IMG/VR virus record: IMGVR_UViG_3300032087_000151 | Span: 1 to 24,610 of that record | Strand: one strand, 5' to 3' | Length of the DNA stretch: 24,610 nucleotides | Source: a virus | Taxonomy: Duplodnaviria > Caudoviricetes | In this document: piece after piece, positions 18,971 through 24,610 of the stretch | How the letters are laid out: each line of letters opens with the position of its first letter | Numbering within the stretch: the stretch's first letter is position 1 | Program-made: the position numbers and the translations under genes | Notes under the pieces: model-generated | Told to the model about the DNA's origin: nothing | Database searches by the model: none | Seen by the model: the letters and a program-made list of their open reading frames with translations, nothing else

Positions 18971-19330
18971 CTACCTATTTGGATTATAGAACTGACGAAC
19001 AGATATAAATACTTCTAAACTAGCACCACCATTAAACGCACCAATTTTATCGCCAGCATGTAGGTGTATTCTGTCTGCATTAATCACGTTATATACATCT
19101 TTACCTGCTATAGATTTATCATTTATAATGTGATGATATGTGTTCGTATCTGCGTGATACCATTGAAGTGTTACGTTTTGAACAGAAGTAGTTCCGTTAC
19201 TAACGTGCAAAAAATCTATTGTTGCATCGTAGTTAGGTGGGCAGGTATATATTGTATCCGCACTTGCACCGCCTGACGTAGCCGTGATTGTAATAGCTTC
19301 AGTATCTGTGGTATAGTTACGGTCTACCAT
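18971..19330 (-). CDS. Small beta-rich protein, likely structural
   Basis: Shares TIYTCP and LxxGD motifs with the 2126..2470 protein. Confidence 0.7.
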   Translation of the reverse strand: MVDRNYTTDTEAITITATSGGASADTIYTCPPNYDATIDFLHVSNGTTSVQNVTLQWYHADTNTYHHIINDKSIAGKDVYNVINADRIHLHAGDKIGAFNGGASLEVFISVRQFYNPNR

Positions 19331-19452
19331 TACCTGTCATTCCAATCTAGCACACGTTTATGCTTTCGCCAAAACCAATTGGATATAGCACTAAAGAACT
19401 TACATATGTATAGTAAGCCCCATCCTAGATATCTAACTGCAACACGTTTCAT
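19330..19452 (-). CDS. 40-aa amphipathic/basic microprotein
   Basis: MKRVAVRYLGWGLLYICKFFSAISNWFWRKHKRVLDWNDR. Starts just after the upstream stop and ends in a TAATG overlap. Confidence 0.65.
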   Translation of the reverse strand: MKRVAVRYLGWGLLYICKFFSAISNWFWRKHKRVLDWNDR

Positions 19453-19453
19453 C

Positions 19454-19615
19454 TTACTTCTTTTTAACTGCGCCACCACGCATCATCTTTTTCTTAACCA
19501 TACCGCCACGCATCATTTTCTTCTGCGCCATCTTAGCCATGCCACCGCCACGCATTTTCTTTTTGGCAACACCACCACGCATCATTTTCTTTGCTGCTTT
19601 TGCTTTACCCGCCAT
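19454..19615 (-). CDS. 53-aa K/M/R/G repeat protein (4 x MRGG)
   Basis: MAGKAKAAKKMMRGGVAKKKMRGGGMAKMAQKKMMRGGMVKKKMMRGGAVKKK; GGAG upstream of the ATG at 19615. Confidence 0.8.
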   Translation of the reverse strand: MAGKAKAAKKMMRGGVAKKKMRGGGMAKMAQKKMMRGGMVKKKMMRGGAVKKK

Positions 19616-20129
19616 TGCGAAGTCTCCGTCTGTCCAGCACGAGTGATTCATAAACATCGTCAGGAAAGTGCTGGTAGTATCCCGACTTTTCTAAACTTAA
19701 TGATGCATCGTCCAGTGTGGACAATCGTTGTACGAATACCATACAATACTCAAGGTCTTCATCTGTAACATCATCTACTAAAAAGTCCAGACCCGCTTCT
19801 TCTGCATCATAGTCTGGATGAAACACCATCAGGTGCATATCTTTATCGGCTAGTGCCAATGCCTCGTTTATGCCATCACAGAAACCATCTAAGTATTCCA
19901 TGTCTGGCATTAGATGTGTAGCCCATACTACAATGTCAAAGGTATGCTGGTTAAAGTCTGCGACTTCTTTTACTAGACCCTCTAGCCCCGTGTTAATGCT
20001 AAAGGTTACTTTCTTATCTAGCCATGCTTGCTTTGCGTATGGACAGGGTGGTAATCCATTTAACTTTACATTTGGTATCTCAAGAAAATCATTAGACCAC
20101 TTGCGGATGTCAGCTTCAATAGGATGCAT
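19605..20129 (-). CDS. DUF1415-like protein
   Basis: LNGLPPCPYA and FHPD motifs recall DUF1415 (LNLCPFA...FHP). Confidence 0.55.
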   Translation of the reverse strand: MHPIEADIRKWSNDFLEIPNVKLNGLPPCPYAKQAWLDKKVTFSINTGLEGLVKEVADFNQHTFDIVVWATHLMPDMEYLDGFCDGINEALALADKDMHLMVFHPDYDAEEAGLDFLVDDVTDEDLEYCMVFVQRLSTLDDASLSLEKSGYYQHFPDDVYESLVLDRRRLRNGG

Positions 20130-20524
20130 TATTTCTTGAGCATTTTAGCTACTACGTCTGGACGTTCTTTTGCCAAAGCACGTAAGCCGGGGTTCATCTT
20201 ATCTTCTACAGAACCACCTGCTGCGTACATATGCTCACGTTTGTTTGCCATACCCCCACGCATCATCTTGGCTTTGTTCTTACCATTCTTTGGTACTTCG
20301 ACCATGCCTACGCTTATGGATATAGCTGGCACTTTCTTTTTAGCAGCACCACCATCTTTGAAATTGGTACGTGCTTTACCCGGCATCATATCATTCTCTG
20401 TGTTCTTGTTAAACTTTGCCATACGTGCTTTAGCATCTTTTATTTCTTGGGCAGTGAAACCTTTTTCTTTAGCAGTACCTTCTTGCACTGCCATAATAAT
20501 TTCGTTTGCTTTCGATATGTTCAT
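20129..20524 (-). CDS. Basic hypothetical protein with three (F/M/Y)xxGG motifs
   Basis: FKDGG, MMRGG and YAAGG; TAATG coupling downstream. Confidence 0.75.
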   Translation of the reverse strand: MNISKANEIIMAVQEGTAKEKGFTAQEIKDAKARMAKFNKNTENDMMPGKARTNFKDGGAAKKKVPAISISVGMVEVPKNGKNKAKMMRGGMANKREHMYAAGGSVEDKMNPGLRALAKERPDVVAKMLKK

Positions 20525-20526
20525 AA

Positions 20527-21453
20527 CTACCTCTTCACTACATATGTTTTGCCGCCAATGTTTTGCAGCTTATGTGTCTTGCTGTTGTATGAACCTTGAA
20601 ATCTTTTTGCACCTGCTGGTATCTTAGGTTCTGCTTTCTTTGGGCGTAATACTTTGCTCTGAGAACCCGGACCAGTTACTGGATACTCTTTTCTTGCACT
20701 TGCCAATGGTCCTTTTTTACCCGGTGTAGCTTTTGAAGAAAAACCTTTACGTGGGTCTTTCTTGTCTGTCTTTCCTACACCCGGACCTTTAGATGCACGT
20801 CTGCCTGATGAACCAGCTACAGTGTTACCTTCACTCATGCCTGTACTACGTTTTTTAGTAGTAGGACGCTTTGGACGTGATGTAGGTGTTGCTACTGTTG
20901 CTGCCTGTGTCTTCTTTTGTCCTTTGTTTCCCATCAAAGCTGCTGCACCTAATGCCGTTGTTGCTGCAACTGTAGCAGCCGCCTTTGCCTTTGATACTGG
21001 CTTAGTGCTTTTCTTTGGTGGTTTAGTTGTAATCTTAGTACGTTTAGTAGGTGTGATATTCTTCATCTCACGCTTCGGTGTAGATGGTTTCTTTGGACCA
21101 ACTGCTGTGCTTCTAGGCTTAACTGCTGTAGATGGACGTGTGGCAACTGCCCTGCCTGTAGTAGACTTTGTTTTAGGTTTGGTTGTGGTTGTTAGCGCAC
21201 GACTCGTCTTAGCTGCCGTCTTAGCAGTAGTACCACCTTTGATTACTTTACTTGCCATTGATACAATACGTCCAATAGGAAGCAATGATGCTGCACCACC
21301 TAGTACCTTTACATATGTGTCTTTCTTTTTCTTTGCAAGTTCTGCTGGTGTGATACCTTGCTTCTTTGCATCACGTGCTAGACGAGCAGCACGGTCTTTA
21401 ATCATTTGCTCCCTACGTTCCATAGGGGTCATGTCTTTTTTCTCTTTAGCCAT
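20527..21453 (-). CDS. K/T/A/P-rich basic disordered protein (histone H1-like composition)
   Basis: 308 aa, extremely basic and low-complexity; AGGAG RBS. Confidence 0.75.
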   Translation of the reverse strand: MAKEKKDMTPMERREQMIKDRAARLARDAKKQGITPAELAKKKKDTYVKVLGGAASLLPIGRIVSMASKVIKGGTTAKTAAKTSRALTTTTKPKTKSTTGRAVATRPSTAVKPRSTAVGPKKPSTPKREMKNITPTKRTKITTKPPKKSTKPVSKAKAAATVAATTALGAAALMGNKGQKKTQAATVATPTSRPKRPTTKKRSTGMSEGNTVAGSSGRRASKGPGVGKTDKKDPRKGFSSKATPGKKGPLASARKEYPVTGPGSQSKVLRPKKAEPKIPAGAKRFQGSYNSKTHKLQNIGGKTYVVKR

Positions 21454-21464
21454 TGGTTAGTCTC

Positions 21465-21758
21465 CTACCACTTCACTTTATGTGACCAGTACTTCGCTGA
21501 TAGCTTGCTGGTCGGTTTACCCTGCGCATTATGTCTGGCATAATACGACCTCTTACGTGCTTTGTCCTTCGCTGTGGTAGGACTCTTACCAGCACCTTTT
21601 ACGCCCTGCTGACCAAAGCGTATAAACTTGTATGTGTCACCTTCCTTCGCCATCACACAATGTGACTTCGTTGGATGCTTGGGAGTACGTTTGGGCTTAT
21701 TGACACCAGTAAGCCCTTCCTCTTTCATCTTGTTCTTTACACGTTCAGGTATAGCCAT
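21465..21758 (-). CDS. Conserved small basic phage protein
   Basis: IRFGQQG...RKRSYYARH...AKYWSHKVKW motif. Confidence 0.75.
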   Translation of the reverse strand: MAIPERVKNKMKEEGLTGVNKPKRTPKHPTKSHCVMAKEGDTYKFIRFGQQGVKGAGKSPTTAKDKARKRSYYARHNAQGKPTSKLSAKYWSHKVKW

Positions 21759-21760
21759 TG

Positions 21761-21973
21761 CTATGTATTCTCACCCTGCACTACTGTACACATTGTGTGA
21801 TTAACTGTTAGTGGCATGTTGTGTTTCTTCCACAAAACTTCTAAGTTATACTGCATCTCTTCTAAACGAGTATAGCATCTACCCTGCCCGTCATATGGAC
21901 CATAGGTGTCTGAAACTTTCATGCAGGAATCAGGATTGCCTATTACACAGGCTATAAGTATTGCTTGGAACAT
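21761..21973 (-). CDS. Small Cys-containing protein with hydrophobic N-terminus
   Basis: MFQAILIAC...C...C...C; TAATG coupling. Confidence 0.65.
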   Translation of the reverse strand: MFQAILIACVIGNPDSCMKVSDTYGPYDGQGRCYTRLEEMQYNLEVLWKKHNMPLTVNHTMCTVVQGENT

Positions 21974-22191
21974 TATTCGTTAGGCTCTTTCCAACCTTCA
22001 GCCCTCATTGCGTCCTCTACGTGTTTCAAAGTAAATGAACGCCCATAGTGTGCCTCTACTGCTGTACGCACATAGAAGACATCACTGTGAGGGATATGTA
22101 AACGGTCTAATGAGTTGGTACGTATAGCTTCATAGAAAGCATCAAGTACATTGTCTGTGTATAGTTTTACAGATTTTCTACGTTTTGTCAA
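21973..22191 (-). CDS. Hypothetical protein, first gene of the late operon
   Basis: LHIPHSDVFYVR...AMRAEGW; stop is coupled to the next ATG. The TTG start is uncertain because it coincides with a TTGACA. Confidence 0.6.
   Translation of the reverse strand: MTKRRKSVKLYTDNVLDAFYEAIRTNSLDRLHIPHSDVFYVRTAVEAHYGRSFTLKHVEDAMRAEGWKEPNE
22163..22191 (-). promoter_or_regulatory. Possible leftward promoter
   Basis: TTGACA-N16-TAAAAC(TATA), same layout as the MCP promoter. Confidence 0.5.
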
Positions 22192-22246
22192 GGGAAAACT
22201 TTCATAGCACGTATATTTACTTACGTATCTTATTACTTACCAATGT

Positions 22247-22321
22247 CACTTATAGTGTTACATTGTAAGTGTATTTAACAAGATAATATTAATAACAATT
22301 ATAAGTGAAACACTTTAAGTG
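22247..22321. repeat. Four degenerate 11-bp palindromic repeats
   Basis: CACTTATAGTG at 22247, CATTGTAAGTG at 22261, AATTATAAGTG at 22297 and CACTTTAAGTG at 22311. Confidence 0.6.
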
Positions 22322-22338
22322 TGTTTTGTTATACTATA

Positions 22339-22367
22339 ATTATACTCAGAAATGGGTACACTGTCAA
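22339..22367 (-). promoter_or_regulatory. Main leftward sigma70 promoter
   Basis: Perfect TTGACA-N17-TATAAT upstream of the late operon. Confidence 0.88.
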
Positions 22368-22645
22368 CCCCCTTTTTGTGAATTTAACATCTTTTTATCA
22401 TTTAGTGTGTCTTGGTCCACACACCCCCACCTATTCTGCACAATAAATAGGCAGCTAGTTATCTATAAGGGTGACAGTTACCTTTGTGGTTAACACTTGA
22501 TTTTCCTAATCTGTGTATTTATGTGTATATATAACTATACGTACCGGGGTGGCGTCCTGCCCTACCACCTTGAGTTGTAAAGGTTTTGTTGCTTTGCTAC
22601 TTTAAATTGTAAAAACCAGCTATCAAATAAGATAAAAAACAATTA

Positions 22646-22658
22646 AATCAATAAGTTA
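22646..22658 (+). promoter_or_regulatory. IHF consensus site 1
   Basis: AATCAATAAGTTA matches WATCAANNNNTTR and has an upstream A-tract. Confidence 0.65.
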
Positions 22659-22798
22659 ATAGTAAATCGTTAACTGATACCATATGAATTGCCGCAATAG
22701 CAGTATTAAATAAAGTAAAGAAAGTTAGTCGAGGCTAAGAATGTTATCCGGCCGTGTATCTAATCCTATACCCCCTACTATATTATATACACGTAAGC

Positions 22799-22813
22799 GT
22801 TCCCCTTTTGTTC
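22799..22813. promoter_or_regulatory. Alphaproteobacterial LexA (SOS) box
   Basis: GTTC-CCCTTTT-GTTC, an exact GTTC-N7-GTTC. Confidence 0.75.
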
Positions 22814-22834
22814 TCATCCTATCTGCTACACATA

Positions 22835-22871
22835 GAACGAAACAGGAACGAACTAGAAACAAACCATGAAC
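22835..22871. promoter_or_regulatory. Tandem LexA boxes
   Basis: GAAC-N7-GAAC-N7-AAAC-N7-GAAC with an 11-bp period. Confidence 0.75.
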
Positions 22872-22902
22872 AGTCACCAGCTGGAATATCAAAATCCAAT
22901 AA

Positions 22903-22915
22903 AATCAATGACTTA
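22903..22915 (+). promoter_or_regulatory. IHF consensus site 2
   Basis: AATCAATGACTTA matches WATCAANNNNTTR; 16/19 identity with site 1 including the upstream flank. Confidence 0.65.
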
Positions 22916-22926
22916 TGAGCAAGGGG

Positions 22927-22957
22927 TTTACATTCATTTCGGATTAGTGTTTACTTT
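22927..22957 (+). promoter_or_regulatory. Early promoter 1 (weaker match)
   Basis: GGGG-TTTACA with a TTTACT/TACTTT -10; same GGGG lead-in as promoters 2 and 3. Confidence 0.45.
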
Positions 22958-23042
22958 AATCATCAGCGAGGCGATAACGGCTTCACCTGATTACCTCTTG
23001 AGACTATGGGTCTCTTAACAATCCGCACCAGCGATTGAGGGG

Positions 23043-23071
23043 TTGACAGGGAAAAGCGGTTCTGCCATAAA
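23043..23071 (+). promoter_or_regulatory. Early promoter 2
   Basis: TTGACA-N17-CATAAA, a degenerate -10 of the kind common in alphaproteobacteria. Confidence 0.6.
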
Positions 23072-23154
23072 CTGATGAGGCCATAGGTCAGACGTAGTGC
23101 TTGCCCCAAATTGTGGGGGCTTTATCATCCGCACACTAGCGATGAGGCAGGGGG

Positions 23155-23183
23155 TTGACAGGCCAAGCGCAATGCCCTAGCGT
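23155..23183 (+). promoter_or_regulatory. Early promoter 3
   Basis: TTGACA-N17-TAGCGT. Confidence 0.7.
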
Positions 23184-23186
23184 TAA

Positions 23187-23599
23187 GGGGCAGTGGATGA
23201 GGCCACTTAAAAACCTGCTAGTCGATGGACTATCCAAAAACAGAACCTTGAGACAGATACCTGCGGGGCAACGCACTCAAGATACGAACGGCTCTATGCT
23301 AGAGAACCGTCTTGTAACCAGAACTGTGACCAAGTGTAGCGGTATCGAGGGCGAGATAGGACTAGCGGCTGAGGTGGCAACGGGCGGCAAGCAAAGTAAT
23401 GTAGGGTGAGCGTATTACCGCAGAACTACCCCAAACCGATAGGCGAGGTTCAATAATAGTAATCGACAATTTTTGTAACGAATATTCCGAATACCACTTG
23501 GGGTTGCAAGTCTATCGCTGTATAGCTAACAGAAATTGAAATCCAAAAATAAACAGGGGGGCAATTGCGCTAGGCAATCTGCCAGTTAAGCACTGCCCC
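23187..23599 (+). ncRNA. Candidate large structured non-coding RNA (~410 nt)
   Basis: Begins at the predicted TSS of promoter 3. The ends are complementary over 9 bp, at least 8 further mutually nested helices were found by eye, and there is no credible ORF. Confidence 0.6.
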
Positions 23600-23600
23600 C

Positions 23601-23629
23601 TTGACAACGATGCTTTTACTAGGCATTAT
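23601..23629 (+). promoter_or_regulatory. Early promoter 4
   Basis: TTGACA-N17-CATTAT, upstream of an AGGAG RBS and the ATG at 23675. Confidence 0.7.
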
Positions 23630-23674
23630 CTGCCTACACAGCCAAGAAACACAAACCAACAGGAGATTTTTATC

Positions 23675-24034
23675 ATGGCTAATGTATCATTTGTAGTATC
23701 TTATTGGAAGCAATCAACAGGCTTGACAGGTCAAAACTTAAACGAGGATAATGCTCGTAAGTTTGCTAGGGTTGCCGCTAAGTTCGAGAAAAAGACAGGC
23801 AAAGAATTGTCTAAAACTCGTGCTTACAAGGCAAGCCGTACAGCCGCACGTCAAGTGAAAGCTGAGTTTGGCAGTCGTATTGTCTCAAACTCTAAGGCTA
23901 CGTTTGATTTGCTTTTGACAGGCATTGACAAAACTCTTGACCGCAAAAACCATACCATTGACATGGGGGCTTTTGACGTGCAGGATATTGTTGAACTTGC
24001 TAATCTGCCGAAAGGTAAGCGCAAGTCTGCTTGA
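23675..24034 (+). CDS. First early protein, basic, function unknown
   Basis: 119 aa; AGGAG RBS at 23661; has its own promoter. Confidence 0.85.
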   Translation: MANVSFVVSYWKQSTGLTGQNLNEDNARKFARVAAKFEKKTGKELSKTRAYKASRTAARQVKAEFGSRIVSNSKATFDLLLTGIDKTLDRKNHTIDMGAFDVQDIVELANLPKGKRKSA

Positions 24035-24059
24035 CACTACAGGGGCAATCTGCTAACGT
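24031..24059 (+). promoter_or_regulatory. Early promoter 5
   Basis: TTGACA-N17-TAACGT, overlapping the previous stop codon. Confidence 0.7.
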
Positions 24060-24099
24060 GGATTGTGCCTAGTAAACGCATCAATGACGGGAGATAATC

Positions 24100-24610
24100 A
24101 TGACGTATAATCTTATCGGTGTGGGCAACAATGCCAAGACAATCAAGGGTGATGGGTCTGAATATGAGACAGGCATCCAGTATATGAAACCATACAAAAC
24201 TGTATTCAAGGGCAAGGTGCATAATCTTTGTGCGCTTGCTGACAAGGCTAAGTGCCATGAGGGTTGCCTCAACAGTGCAGGGCGTGGACAAATGGGCGTG
24301 GTGCAAAAAGGGCGTGAACGCAAGACTATGCTCTATCTATCAGACCGCATTGGGTACATGGATGCGCTGTACAAAGACTTGACAAAGTTTAGCAAGCGCA
24401 ATACAAAGAAGGGCGTAAAGCCTTGCGCTAGGCTCAATGGCACAAGCGACATTCAGTTTGAAAAGACAGGTATCATGGAGCAGTTCCCTGAGATACAGTT
24501 CTATGACTACACAAAGATTGTCAAGAGGGCGTATGCCAAACTGCCAGAAAACTATCACCTGACCCTGTCATATTCTGAGGCTGACCCTGAGTATGCCGAA
24601 CAGGTATTGA
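24100..24610 (+). CDS. GP88-like Cys-motif (radical-SAM-like) phage protein, truncated at the right edge
   Basis: Not in the ORF track. GGGAG RBS; MTYNLIGVGNNAKTIKG...CALADKAKCHEGCLNSAGRG...RLNGTSD...QFYDYTK...NYHLTLSYSE; open to the window edge. Confidence 0.75.
   Translation, partial: MTYNLIGVGNNAKTIKGDGSEYETGIQYMKPYKTVFKGKVHNLCALADKAKCHEGCLNSAGRGQMGVVQKGRERKTMLYLSDRIGYMDALYKDLTKFSKRNTKKGVKPCARLNGTSDIQFEKTGIMEQFPEIQFYDYTKIVKRAYAKLPENYHLTLSYSEADPEYAEQVL

Noticed and set aside
20762-21460. 232-aa plus-strand ORF and other plus-strand ORFs within 1-22191
   Set aside because: Antisense shadows of the tightly coupled minus-strand genes, with no RBS or recognisable motifs.
22643-22674. CtrA boxes (TTAA repeats)
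   Set aside because: Spacers are 9 and 10 nt rather than the canonical 7.
23072-23095. Hammerhead-like CTGATGA followed by a GGCC-ATA-GGTC stem
   Set aside because: The required GAAA after stem II is absent (AGAC instead), and no stem I/III with an NUH cleavage site was found.
22835-23205. CRISPR-like array
   Set aside because: The repeats are either 4-bp half-sites or two diverged promoter modules; there is no regular repeat-spacer pattern and no cas gene.
23155-23409. 84-aa plus-strand ORF
   Set aside because: Its TTG start is the -35 hexamer of a promoter, it has no convincing RBS, and the region is better explained as structured RNA.
23187-23599. tmRNA or RNase P identity for the ncRNA candidate
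   Set aside because: It starts GGGGC but has no T-arm/CCA end and no GAGGAAAGUCC core.
24037-24558. Three minus-strand ORFs at the right end
   Set aside because: Antisense to the well-supported GP88-like gene.
1-24610. Stop-codon recoding, introns or inteins
   Set aside because: Core genes are intact and of ordinary size in the standard code, and all three stop codons are used as stops.

Overview
A 24.6-kb piece of a marine podovirus genome, most like HMO-2011-type phages of alphaproteobacteria (SAR116/Roseobacter); this assignment comes from recalled gene order and protein motifs, not from a search. Positions 1-22191 form one tightly packed minus-strand late operon. In transcription order it holds small basic and membrane proteins, a lysis cassette, TerS, TerL, portal, a large probable internal protein, scaffold, major capsid protein, decoration protein, head-tail adaptor, nozzle, tail fiber and three paralogous tail-tip genes. 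Positions 22192-23674 are a ~1.5-kb divergent non-coding control region. It contains alphaproteobacterial LexA (SOS) boxes bracketed by two IHF consensus sites, tandem sigma70 promoters with their -10 elements inside inverted repeats, a duplicated covarying hairpin, and a ~410-nt region that folds by eye into a nested multi-helix RNA (candidate large ncRNA). Plus-strand early genes start at 23675, including a truncated GP88-like Cys-motif protein. All structures and motifs were read by eye; nothing was computed or searched.
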